Shown here: positions 9,165 through 17,595 of the stretch, in pieces | Layout of the letters: every line of letters begins with the position of its first letter | Numbering within the stretch: position 1 is the stretch's first letter | Source: a virus | Taxonomy: Duplodnaviria > Caudoviricetes | DNA: 49,458 nt | Strand: one strand, 5' to 3' | Virus record (IMG/VR): IMGVR_UViG_3300020045_001121 | Location: 1 to 49,458 of that record | Translations under genes and position numbers: made by a program | Notes under the pieces: generated by a model | The model's input: the letters and a program-made list of their open reading frames with translations, nothing else | The model's database searches: none | Told to the model about the DNA's origin: nothing

Positions 9165-10127
9165 ATGATCATGACTGAAAAACTGAACTACGACGCGCAA
9201 GACCTGCGCGCAATTGAAAACACCGGACGATTCGACGCGAATGAATCGCTGTTTTTCGCTCGCCAGCTTGAGTCGATCAAGGCGCAAGCCTATGACGTTA
9301 AGCGCGCACCGTTGAATGCCTTGGCAATCATCCCGGTTAGCACTTCGACACCCGAGGGTGCCACCACCATCACATATCGCCAGTTCGATAGCGTTGGCAT
9401 GGCGAAGGTAATTGCAAATTACGCCAACGACATTCCTCGCGCTGATGTGACTGGTAAAGAGTTTACAAGCCCCATTCGCGGCATTGGTGTGGCTTACGGC
9501 TACAACGTGCAAGAGATTCGCAGCGCTCAATTTGCTGGAGTGCCTTTGTCTGCCAAAAAGATGATGGCTGCACAACGAGCCCACGCTGAATTGATTAACA
9601 AATTGGCATGGGCTGGTGACACTGAGCATGGTTTGCCTGGCTTCCTGAGCAACGCGAATATCCCCGCCTATGTTGTGGCTGCTGATGGTACTGGTTCAAG
9701 CAAATTGTGGTCTACAAAGACTGCTGATTTGATTATCCGCGATATCAATGGTATTTTGAACCAAGTGGTAACTCAGTCTAAAGGCATTCACCGCCCTAAC
9801 ATGCTGTTGATGCCTTTGGAGCAGTACACATTCATTAGTTCGACTCCACGCAGCGCCACCACCGACACGACCATCCTGCAATTTGTTATCGCCAATAACC
9901 CTGGCGTTACATTCAAGCCGGTTATCGAGTTGGATGGCTACGGCGGCACTGATCGTATGGTTGCTGGTGAGTTTGACATCATGAATCTGCAACTTGAGAT
10001 TTGCATGAGTTTCAAACAACACTCTCCACAGCAAAATGGTTTGGAATTCGTGGTTCCATGCGAGTCGAGATTCGGAGGATGCATCATTGAATACCCTCTC
10101 GCTTTCGCGCTTGGAGATTCTATCTGA
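9165..10127 (+). CDS. Major capsid protein (DUF2184/encapsulin-like HK97 fold)
   Basis: FARQLE.I, G.AK.IA..A.DIPRAD, AWAGD..HGL.GFL, C..RFGG..I.YP. Confidence 0.92.
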   Translation: MIMTEKLNYDAQDLRAIENTGRFDANESLFFARQLESIKAQAYDVKRAPLNALAIIPVSTSTPEGATTITYRQFDSVGMAKVIANYANDIPRADVTGKEFTSPIRGIGVAYGYNVQEIRSAQFAGVPLSAKKMMAAQRAHAELINKLAWAGDTEHGLPGFLSNANIPAYVVAADGTGSSKLWSTKTADLIIRDINGILNQVVTQSKGIHRPNMLLMPLEQYTFISSTPRSATTDTTILQFVIANNPGVTFKPVIELDGYGGTDRMVAGEFDIMNLQLEICMSFKQHSPQQNGLEFVVPCESRFGGCIIEYPLAFALGDSI

Positions 10128-10150
10128 GGTAAAACTTAGATAATAAATAA

Positions 10151-10171
10151 GGGGCTTAGGCCCCTTTTTTT
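10151..10171 (+). terminator. Rho-independent terminator after major capsid gene
   Basis: GGGGC-TTAG-GCCCC followed by a T7 run. Confidence 0.85.
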
Positions 10172-10230
10172 GTGTTATGACGTTTTGAAAATAAATGTTA
10201 AAATCCAAAAAAACCACTAAAGGACTAAAC

Positions 10231-10437
10231 ATGAAATTGAAAAACGTATCCGCACGGCCTTATGGTATCGCTGGAAAGCTTTACGCACCGCTTCAAGAAT
10301 TTGAATTGACTGATGAAGTGCAAATTGCAAGCATTCAAAGCTTTATCGAAAGTGGCGACTTTAAGTTGCTTGATAAGGTAGTTGAAGCAGAACCCGCAAA
10401 ACGTGGCCGCCCATCCAAAGCTGTCGAGGCTGAGTAA
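10231..10437 (+). CDS. Small virion-associated hypothetical protein
   Basis: AAGGA RBS; ends with KRGRPSK. Confidence 0.65.
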   Translation: MKLKNVSARPYGIAGKLYAPLQEFELTDEVQIASIQSFIESGDFKLLDKVVEAEPAKRGRPSKAVEAE

Positions 10438-10793
10438 TGACTGCGCTGGAATATTTCCGGCTTGTCGCCCCTGAGTTTGCCAGCGTCAGCGATGCAACGG
10501 TAGGCCAGTGGCTTACTATTTCCGCACGCTTGGCTGACGTGTCACGCCTTGATTCTGAGCGTGGTAACATGGCTATGGCCTTGTATGCGGCTCACATTCT
10601 CAAGCTGTCCACCACGTCATCCAGTGGCGCTAGTGGCTCGGTGAAGATGGAAAAAGAAGGCGACTTACAGCGCAGCTACAGCACTGTTAAAGGCTCTGAT
10701 ACATTGCTAGGATCTACCTCATACGGTATGCAATACTTGGACGTTACACGTGCTGCTTATGGCCTTGGAATCATGACTCGGGTTGAAATTTAA
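10437..10793 (+). CDS. Head-tail adaptor (DUF4054-like)
   Basis: FR...PEF, ALYAAH.L, EKEGDL..SY, T.YG.QY. Confidence 0.8.
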   Translation: MTALEYFRLVAPEFASVSDATVGQWLTISARLADVSRLDSERGNMAMALYAAHILKLSTTSSSGASGSVKMEKEGDLQRSYSTVKGSDTLLGSTSYGMQYLDVTRAAYGLGIMTRVEI

Positions 10794-11251
10794 TGGCGCG
10801 AGTTATCGACCGTGATCTGGGCTGGAAAGCTATTAAGCGTGAAATGCTTAAGGCTAAAACGCTTGAGGTCGCGGTTGGTATCTTGGAAGGTGCAAAGAAT
10901 GGAGAAGGCGCGTCTATAGCTGAATATGCCACGCACAATGAATTCGGAACAGATAAGATACCTGAACGTCCGTTTATGCGTACTGCGTTCGACGAATCTA
11001 AGGAGAAGATAAGCCAAGACATGAATCGTCAAGGCGAGCGCATGGCTATGGGTCAATCTACGGCGCGTGATGCTCTAAAGACCATTGGCCAGCGTCACGC
11101 CTCACGTATTCAGAATGTAATCACTGGCCGTAACTTCTTGCCAAGACTATCGCCACAAACAGTTAAGGCTAAAAAAGGTAGTGAAAAAACTTTGGTAGAC
11201 ACTTCCGCGATGGTTAACGCAGTTCAAATTTCAGTAAGGGCTAGAACGTGA
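10793..11251 (+). CDS. Neck/tail completion protein
   Basis: A..NEFGT..IPERPFMR, KGS.K.LVDT. Confidence 0.75.
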   Translation: MARVIDRDLGWKAIKREMLKAKTLEVAVGILEGAKNGEGASIAEYATHNEFGTDKIPERPFMRTAFDESKEKISQDMNRQGERMAMGQSTARDALKTIGQRHASRIQNVITGRNFLPRLSPQTVKAKKGSEKTLVDTSAMVNAVQISVRART

Positions 11252-11496
11252 AAATTGCATTAGATAAACAGGCGCATTTTTTGAGTGGTGCGGTTATTGC
11301 TTTCGCACTTTATTGCGCCGGATTAGGGCCGCTGGTTTGCATTTTTGCGTACATATTGGCTGGCGTTCTTAAGGAAATTTATAACTATAAGCACAAAAAC
11401 AACCATACGCCTGATATATGGGATGCTTTAGCAACTATTCTTGGTGGCGTATTTGCTAACGCTTGGATTCTGCTTTCTGTGATGTTTTTCAAATGA
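11248..11496 (+). CDS. Small membrane protein
   Basis: DKQAHF...KE.Y......D.WDALAT.LGG with hydrophobic helices. Confidence 0.65.
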   Translation: MKIALDKQAHFLSGAVIAFALYCAGLGPLVCIFAYILAGVLKEIYNYKHKNNHTPDIWDALATILGGVFANAWILLSVMFFK

Positions 11497-11879
11497 GCTT
11501 TAGACAAACATTTGACGTACTTCACGAAGCCGCTGGCTCATATGTGTCTGGCGTCTTTGTGCCGGGCGTTAAGTCAGCCACCACGATACAGGCCAGCGTC
11601 CAGCCAGTGACTGAGCAAGACTTAATCACAGCGCCAGAAGGTCGCCGTATCAGTGACATGGTGAAGATTTATACCGACACTGATTTACAGGTTGTAAATG
11701 ATGGCACTGGCCTACAGCCTGACTTGATCGTATGGCGTGGTTACGCTTACGAGATTAGCTCTGTCTCTGTTCGTCAAATGGGCGTCATCAGCCACTACAA
11801 GATTTTTGCAATTCGACGCATGGCAGCGCCAGCGGGTTACGCGGCTGCATGGGTCGCGGGTACTCTTACACGAGGTTAA
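11493..11879 (+). CDS. Head closure/stopper protein
   Basis: IQASVQP...PEG.R....KIYT...D.IVW.G..YE. Confidence 0.75.
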   Translation: MSFRQTFDVLHEAAGSYVSGVFVPGVKSATTIQASVQPVTEQDLITAPEGRRISDMVKIYTDTDLQVVNDGTGLQPDLIVWRGYAYEISSVSVRQMGVISHYKIFAIRRMAAPAGYAAAWVAGTLTRG

Positions 11880-11882
11880 TAA

Positions 11883-12506
11883 ATGGCATCTAATATCAAT
11901 GTAGCTATCCCACCACTGGGTAATCCAACTACTGCGGGTGTTCGCGGTAATTTCTCAGTGGCTAAAACTGAGATTGAGGAATTACAAGCGGCTCACGTTT
12001 TGCGGCTAGCCTATCGTAACGAAACTATTGAGGGTTTTCAGCAGTGCATGACAACCGATACAGCTCAGGTCATCACGTTCAATACAGAGGTGTTTAATCA
12101 CCCTTCTGGCGCGTTTACTTGGGACTCGGTGAATAGTGAGATTGTGATTATCGATCCGGGTTGGTATATGTGGCATATTGATATGCACCTGACTCGCAAG
12201 GTCGCAACGTCTAACGTGAACTGGGCTATTTGGAGCCAAGTTAAAGAACCTCCAGCATCTGTGTTTACCAATTACATTGGCTCTGGCCGTAGCATGACGT
12301 TGACCGCTGATTCAACCAATAATAAGCACTTTTTCAGCTTTGGTTTTAACGTGCATACGCCAGTGGCAAACACTCGCATTCGATTCGTGCAAGCCACAAG
12401 TGACGCATCAAAGCAAGTTGGCATTATCAGCTACCCAGCTACCGGCGTTTATCCATCGATGGCTGGTGTTCAGCTTAACATTCACAAGATTGCAATCGAA
12501 GAATGA
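11883..12506 (+). CDS. Putative neck appendage with C1q/TNF-like jelly-roll C-terminus
   Basis: Short N-terminal helix then ITFNTEVFN...F.W.......I..PGWY; GAGG RBS; located in the neck module. Confidence 0.5.
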   Translation: MASNINVAIPPLGNPTTAGVRGNFSVAKTEIEELQAAHVLRLAYRNETIEGFQQCMTTDTAQVITFNTEVFNHPSGAFTWDSVNSEIVIIDPGWYMWHIDMHLTRKVATSNVNWAIWSQVKEPPASVFTNYIGSGRSMTLTADSTNNKHFFSFGFNVHTPVANTRIRFVQATSDASKQVGIISYPATGVYPSMAGVQLNIHKIAIEE

Positions 12507-13039
12507 ACATAGCAACGCTTAAAACACGGATTTACGCGCTGTTACAGCCGATCATAGGCGGTACTGTCATCTGGGCAGATCAGAGCGTTACGCGCCCTGC
12601 ATTGCCTTTTAGCACGCTGCGCCTTGGGGTTATCAATCCCATTGGTGAACCGCACTACAGCGATGTTGACGCAGGCGGGATTCAAACCGTCTTAGCCGTG
12701 CGTGAGTCAATCCTGACTGTGCAGCGTTTTGGTGTTGACTCGGTTGCCGCGCTTGAGAATGCTTCGGACTCACTGGCCAAGAATTCAAACCTTGATAAAT
12801 TCAGCGTGCAAAGCATTTCAGCTTTCGATGTGTCTAGCGTGACCGATGTTGCCGCATTGCTCAATGGTATTTCAATCGAGCCGCGTGCTATGTTTGAATT
12901 GTCTTTGCGTTGGATGGCAGACTTGACTGATAACGTCGGCATCATTGAAACCGTTGTTAGTGTTGGTGAGATTGCAGCCGTTAATACGGCCTTAAATGAG
13001 ACTTACGTGCTAAGTTCTACTGTAGATACTACACCATAA
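12503..13039 (+). CDS. Tail terminator/neck protein
   Basis: VIWADQ...RP.LPF..L, EPRA.FEL, VG.IETV; last gene before the sheath module. Confidence 0.7.
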   Translation: MNIATLKTRIYALLQPIIGGTVIWADQSVTRPALPFSTLRLGVINPIGEPHYSDVDAGGIQTVLAVRESILTVQRFGVDSVAALENASDSLAKNSNLDKFSVQSISAFDVSSVTDVAALLNGISIEPRAMFELSLRWMADLTDNVGIIETVVSVGEIAAVNTALNETYVLSSTVDTTP

Positions 13040-13040
13040 G

Positions 13041-13063
13041 AAAAGCCCCGAAATGGGGCTTTG
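13041..13063. terminator. Bidirectional terminator
   Basis: AAAAGCCCC-GAAAT-GGGGCTTT between convergent genes. Confidence 0.8.
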
Positions 13064-13064
13064 T

Positions 13065-13358
13065 TTATTGGCCTGTTGCTTTGGATTTTGCTGCACGCAG
13101 CAGTTTGCTTGCGTTTGCATAATGAAGCATTGCCGAAATATCATCACCTGAACTCATTGCATCCTCATATGCAATAAATGCCATTGCGCCTTCATGGTAA
13201 TCTGGCGCTGCTGCGATTAGGCGGGCGTTTGATTCTTCTTCCGAGCCAAGCCCGCTATTTGTTTCTGCAATAAAAAATTTACCTGCTTTTATTTCAAAGT
13301 TACCGGCATCGCCTGAAAATTCAAATGCAGTCCAAGGCCCCGGCGTATGCTTACTCAT
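13065..13358 (-). CDS. Hypothetical phage protein (HTPGPW...NARLIAAAPD family)
   Basis: Motifs MSKHTPGPW and NARLIAAAPD. Confidence 0.75.
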   Translation of the reverse strand: MSKHTPGPWTAFEFSGDAGNFEIKAGKFFIAETNSGLGSEEESNARLIAAAPDYHEGAMAFIAYEDAMSSGDDISAMLHYANASKLLRAAKSKATGQ

Positions 13359-13600
13359 TGGTTAACCCACTCAATCGAATCAGTAGTAACCCAGCCCTTT
13401 TCGACTAGATCAATCGCTAGCATCTTATTGGCCGTGAACATGAAGTAAAACCCAGCCAGTCCAAAGGTCAGAAAGCAAATAATAGCGGGTACTGGCTGAT
13501 TACGAATAAGCAAAGCAATCCAGCCAAAGAAAAACACCGTCCAGCTAAAGCCGTTTTTGACTTCTTTTTTAATACCGTTTTTTGTGAATGTTGTGTGCAT
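13355..13600 (-). CDS. Membrane protein (DUF2628-like)
   Basis: VKNGFSWTVFFFGWI.LL.R, two hydrophobic segments, L..KGW. Confidence 0.6.
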   Translation of the reverse strand: MHTTFTKNGIKKEVKNGFSWTVFFFGWIALLIRNQPVPAIICFLTFGLAGFYFMFTANKMLAIDLVEKGWVTTDSIEWVNQ

Positions 13601-13608
13601 GATGTTGA

Positions 13609-13716
13609 TTACCAAATTTTAATGATGAAGTGAATGGATGTGTAAGCGGTGAAAATTAAACCGCATAAAACAATCAAGAGAATGATTTCAATTGTGGTGA
13701 TTCCTTTTTGTTTCAT
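13609..13716 (-). CDS. 35-aa prepilin-like (class III signal) peptide
   Basis: Manual translation MKQKGITTIEIILLIVLCGLIFTAYTSIHFIIKIW; ATGA-coupled to the upstream ORF. Confidence 0.65.
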   Translation of the reverse strand: MKQKGITTIEIILLIVLCGLIFTAYTSIHFIIKIW

Positions 13717-13895
13717 GGTGTTTTGTGCATTTTTAACAATGAGTTATAAATTACATTTGATAGATCAACCCATGACGTATGGTTTTGAATAGCCTTAATC
13801 TCAATATGTGACCCTCCTTCATCAAACATATCAATCACGGCCAGTAGCTCTGTGCCGTCGTAAATCTCGTATTTAACTGGGGTTGCAATGATCAT
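13713..13895 (-). CDS. Hypothetical protein
   Basis: AAGGA RBS before ATG 13895; 60 aa. Confidence 0.65.
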   Translation of the reverse strand: MIIATPVKYEIYDGTELLAVIDMFDEGGSHIEIKAIQNHTSWVDLSNVIYNSLLKMHKTP

Positions 13896-13931
13896 TGGGT
13901 TCCTTTTTAAAGCCCCGTAGGGCAATTGATT

Positions 13932-14087
13932 TTACTGACCGACTCCAATTGATGAATCAATGATTGCCATTTCAGCAAGTGCGAAGGATGCTTCAGCAAA
14001 GCTATCAAAGTTACCGTATGCGCAACCGCTTGCAATGCGCTGAATTCCAAATTTACCGTTTTCTTTTGTGATGATTTTGTGTGTCAT
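13932..14087 (-). CDS. Hypothetical protein (51 aa)
   Basis: Manual translation MTHKIITKENGKFGIQR...; AAGGA RBS; promoter motif at 14118-14128. Confidence 0.6.
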   Translation of the reverse strand: MTHKIITKENGKFGIQRIASGCAYGNFDSFAEASFALAEMAIIDSSIGVGQ

Positions 14088-14139
14088 TTAGTTTTCCTTA
14101 GTTCGTTTGATGTCTCAAGTGTAGCACATAATTACGGTG

Positions 14140-14469
14140 TTACGGGATTTGCTTGCCAATTTCAGCTGCAGCACGGACTATTGCGCGGCGAGTTGACGCG
14201 TACGGATTAACCCAATAGTCTTCGTCAGAATCTTCTGCAATATTCTTACTGCTTGCGCTTATGCAGCAACTTGCGCCGGTGAAGTTTCTAATATCGATAC
14301 GCAACTTCACAACCAGACGAAGCGCATCTCCATCGTCTTCAAGTGGGTTCCAGTTACTTCTTGGATTTGGCGAAAGCAACTGCAATCCAGATTCTCCAGC
14401 GAATTCTATATCGCTATATTTGTACTCTACAGCCTTAGCCGCCAACTCAAGTAATTCACGATCATTCAT
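14140..14469 (-). CDS. Hypothetical phage protein, paralog of 30511..30846
   Basis: DRELLELAAKA...WNPL.DDGDALRL.VKL...ASTRRAIV.AAAEIGKQ. Confidence 0.75.
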   Translation of the reverse strand: MNDRELLELAAKAVEYKYSDIEFAGESGLQLLSPNPRSNWNPLEDDGDALRLVVKLRIDIRNFTGASCCISASSKNIAEDSDEDYWVNPYASTRRAIVRAAAEIGKQIP

Positions 14470-14557
14470 TTTGTAACCTATTTTGTTGTTGATTGAGCAA
14501 TCAGTGTAGCACAGCAAAACAAGACAATCACAATCTTTTTTCAACTATTTTCACATT

Positions 14558-14586
14558 TTGACATTGCCTACACCGGGCTTTATAAT
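14558..14586 (+). promoter_or_regulatory. Perfect-consensus sigma70 promoter for the tail operon
   Basis: TTGACA-17 nt-TATAAT. Confidence 0.85.
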
Positions 14587-14637
14587 CCGTCAAGCCATTT
14601 GGCTACTTTTTGCAAAGAGTTTTTAAAAGGAGCCTAG

Positions 14638-15969
14638 ATGGCAAACTTATCAGATATCGTAAATGTGAGCATTTCGCTCAATACAACCGGCGTTGAGCGG
14701 GCGGATTTCGGGACACCCATGATTGTCGGCCCGACTATGGCATTCGCCGCCCGCGTACAGTCCTATACGCGCTATGACGACGCCGTGGCGGCTGGCCTGC
14801 CTACACCTATGCTGCTCGCAGTACAGGCGGCATTTAGCCAAACGCCTCACCCGCGACAAGTCAAAGTTGGTCGCCGCAAGGTGGACACGGCTATCGTCAA
14901 TATTGTGGCTAAAAACTTGACGGTTTACACAATCACGGTCGCAGGTACTTCGCCCGAGGTTTACACGTTCACTTCTGACGCAAGCGCATTAGCTTCTGAA
15001 ATCGCTATCGGTTTGGCCGCTGCCATCACATCGGACACTAACGAAACTTTGACTGCAACTGCCATCGGCGATACCGTGTCGCTGGCATGGGTTAGTCAAT
15101 CTAACTTGCAATCCGTAACTCTGGGCTCCAATCTGTCTTGGGGTGCTATCACCACGACCGATACCGTGGCGGTTGATATGGCGGCTATCGTGCTTGAGGA
15201 TAACGCTTGGTATGGCTTGATTAGCTCTGACCGTACGAAGCAAGTGCAGCTTGATTTTGCAGCTTGGACTGAGACGCAAGAGAAGTTGTTCGGCTTTGCA
15301 TCCGATGAAGCTGCCATTCTTACCGCTGGAGTCTCGACTGACGTGATCAGTGTTGCTAAAGATACCCGCTACTACCGAACCTATGCGGCCTATAGTGCTA
15401 ACGCTTCAACCCAGTACCCTGATGCGGCTTGGATGAGCGCGGTGTTCCCGTTGCAGCCAGGTTCTGAAACATGGGCGCTTAAGAAGCTCGGTGGCGTTAC
15501 TCCTGATAAGCTGCCAGCTACTGACCGAAACACCATTCTCGGTAAGGGTGGCAATACGTTTGAATACTATCAAACCCAGATAGCGCTGACCAATCCCGGT
15601 AAAGTGGCGGCAGGGGAGTGGATTGACGTTATCCGTGGACGTGACTGGTTGAAGGATTTGATTCAGACTAATATGGTCATGATGATGATTAATCGCGCTA
15701 AGGTGCCTTACACCGATGCTGGCATTCAACTTTGCGTCACCAATCTGCGCAAGTCTTTGCAGCAAGGCGTCACCGTTGGCTATATCGCTCCCGATGAGAT
15801 TGATGCTGACGGTAATACCATCCCAGGCTTCACTATCACCGCGCCGATCTCGGCAAGTATTGACCCACTGGTCAAAGCATCCCGCGTGTTGACACTTGGA
15901 TTCTCGGCCCGTCTGGCTGGGGCAATCCATGTGACCAATATCTCAGGAAACGTCAATTACGGCGAATAA
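14638..15969 (+). CDS. Tail sheath protein (DUF3383)
   Basis: IVNV.ISL, FSQ.PHP...KVGR, PGSETWA.K.L.GV, GEWIDVIRG.DWL, KVPYTD.GI, AGAIH. Confidence 0.92.
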   Translation: MANLSDIVNVSISLNTTGVERADFGTPMIVGPTMAFAARVQSYTRYDDAVAAGLPTPMLLAVQAAFSQTPHPRQVKVGRRKVDTAIVNIVAKNLTVYTITVAGTSPEVYTFTSDASALASEIAIGLAAAITSDTNETLTATAIGDTVSLAWVSQSNLQSVTLGSNLSWGAITTTDTVAVDMAAIVLEDNAWYGLISSDRTKQVQLDFAAWTETQEKLFGFASDEAAILTAGVSTDVISVAKDTRYYRTYAAYSANASTQYPDAAWMSAVFPLQPGSETWALKKLGGVTPDKLPATDRNTILGKGGNTFEYYQTQIALTNPGKVAAGEWIDVIRGRDWLKDLIQTNMVMMMINRAKVPYTDAGIQLCVTNLRKSLQQGVTVGYIAPDEIDADGNTIPGFTITAPISASIDPLVKASRVLTLGFSARLAGAIHVTNISGNVNYGE

Positions 15970-15979
15970 GGAATAAAAA

Positions 15980-16408
15980 ATGGCAACTACTTACGACCCA
16001 ACTAAACTCACCGTCATCGTCGGTGGCGTTATCGTCTCTGGCTTTATTGATGGCGACTTTATCACTGCAAAACGTGACGAAGACCTCTACATGAAGCGCG
16101 TGGGCGCTGATGGCCATGTCGCCCGCGCTCGCAATGGCAATAAGTCTGGCTCTATCGAGATTAAGCTTCTCCAAAGCTCGCCAGCGGTCAATGAACTATC
16201 TGCACTGGTGGCGCTTGATAACTTCCTGTTCGATGGTGATATATTGATTCCAATCCAGATCGTATCGCCGGGTGACGGCGCTGAACTTGTGGTATCCACT
16301 CAGTCGTGGCTCAAAACCCCTCCTGAAATTGTCTTTGGCAAAGAAGTCGGAGAGCGTTCTTTCTTGTTCGATTGTGCTGACCTGAAACTGTCACTCGGAG
16401 GCAACTAA
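15980..16408 (+). CDS. Tail tube protein (DUF3277-like)
   Basis: TYDP, VGADG.VAR, G.IEI.LLQSS..; follows the sheath gene. Confidence 0.88.
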   Translation: MATTYDPTKLTVIVGGVIVSGFIDGDFITAKRDEDLYMKRVGADGHVARARNGNKSGSIEIKLLQSSPAVNELSALVALDNFLFDGDILIPIQIVSPGDGAELVVSTQSWLKTPPEIVFGKEVGERSFLFDCADLKLSLGGN

Positions 16409-16426
16409 TCTCTGGGGTGTGCGTTG

Positions 16427-16459
16427 GCCCGTCATGATTCGCTCTGACGGGCTTTTTTT
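16427..16459 (+). terminator. Rho-independent terminator
   Basis: GCCCGTCA...TGACGGGC followed by a T7 run. Confidence 0.85.
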
Positions 16460-16494
16460 CGTATAATTAGAGCGCACACAACTTAGGATTAAAA

Positions 16495-16860
16495 ATGACT
16501 GATACATCAATTGAAAATGAAATCGTAGCCAAGGGCTTGACTGCACCACGGGTGACGCCTGCGGATATTGAGGCTGCAATTACCAGCGAGCACTATTTCA
16601 CAGCTGCGGATGGCTTCATGGCGTCCAAAGTTACTATTGGTGCAACGTGGACGCGTGGAATTTGCGATGGACCTCTATCTCTCTTGACCTTCTGCGTCCT
16701 GGTGCTGCGCAACGGCTTCACCGTCACCGGCGAGTCAGCCTGCGCCAGCCCCGAGAACTTCAACGCCGAAATTGGCCGCAAGATTGCACGCGAGAATGCC
16801 GTGCAAAAGATTTGGCCTTTGATGGGCTATGAGTTGCGCTCTAAATTGGCAGGTAAATAA
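16495..16860 (+). CDS. N4 Gp49/Sf6 Gp66 family protein (Acb4-like nucleotide sponge candidate)
   Basis: APRVTP.DIE, LTFCVLVLRNGFTVTGESACASPENF.AEIGRKIARENAV.KIWPLMGY.L. Confidence 0.85.
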   Translation: MTDTSIENEIVAKGLTAPRVTPADIEAAITSEHYFTAADGFMASKVTIGATWTRGICDGPLSLLTFCVLVLRNGFTVTGESACASPENFNAEIGRKIARENAVQKIWPLMGYELRSKLAGK

Positions 16861-16962
16861 TATGGGATCAGATGGAAGTATTTCAAATGAAGGTTCTGGA
16901 TATGCCATCGAAGGTGATGGTTACGCGATTGATCTGAATCCTATTTCTATTTAAGGAAAACC

Positions 16963-17421
16963 ATGCACCCAGAAACAATTATTATCGGCCAGTCTGAATA
17001 TACGGCTATGAAAATGAATGCGTTTGACGCTAACAAAATTCTGTTGCGTTTGAACAAGGTTATTTTGCCTGTCATTGGTGGACTTACCAAGGGCAAAGGC
17101 TCTGTAAACCTGCTAGATGCTGATTTAAGTGAGGTTACTAATATCCTTGCTGAAAATCTCACAGAAGAGGTCATGGATTCGATTGTGTTCCCTATGTTTG
17201 CAAACTCGCGTGTTTACTTTATTGAAAAGAAGATTTTCATCAAAGACGCGATGGGTGTAAACCAAGCTTTCACGGCTGATAACCTGTTTGACTTCTATGA
17301 GCTAATCTGGGAGGTTCTTAAATTGAACTTTGCAGTTTTTTTCAAAAAAGCGGCGGGGAACTTTGGGAGCCTAACCGCCGGGGCTCAAACTCAAGTGTCG
17401 AAAAGTCTCCCGGCAAATTAA
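16963..17421 (+). CDS. Tail assembly chaperone
   Basis: Between tube and tape-measure genes; ends with a slippery site. Confidence 0.8.
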   Translation: MHPETIIIGQSEYTAMKMNAFDANKILLRLNKVILPVIGGLTKGKGSVNLLDADLSEVTNILAENLTEEVMDSIVFPMFANSRVYFIEKKIFIKDAMGVNQAFTADNLFDFYELIWEVLKLNFAVFFKKAAGNFGSLTAGAQTQVSKSLPAN

Positions 17422-17591
17422 GAGCTGACCTAGAGTCTGAATTATGGATATGGCGTCCGATACTGGCAAAGAAAACCACTATCACCGAGGTGAAGGATGG
17501 GACGACTAGCGTTGAAGACTTAATGAAACTAAACGCTTTAATGGATATGTCGGATGCTTATCAAGATCAGGCGATGAACAAGAAAGATTGA
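17337..17591 (+). CDS. -1 frameshift extension of the tail assembly chaperone
   Basis: T_TTT_TTC at 17337-17343; the -1 frame is open to TGA 17589-17591 (ELWIWRPILAKK...EDLMKLNALMDM). Confidence 0.75.
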   Translation, partial: FFQKSGGELWEPNRRGSNSSVEKSPGKLRADLESELWIWRPILAKKTTITEVKDGTTSVEDLMKLNALMDMSDAYQDQAMNKKD

Positions 17592-17595
17592 ATAT

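Noticed and set aside
8568-9629. 353-aa antisense ORF across the capsid genes
   Set aside because: Shadow frame of strongly codon-biased structural genes; no RBS or recognisable motifs
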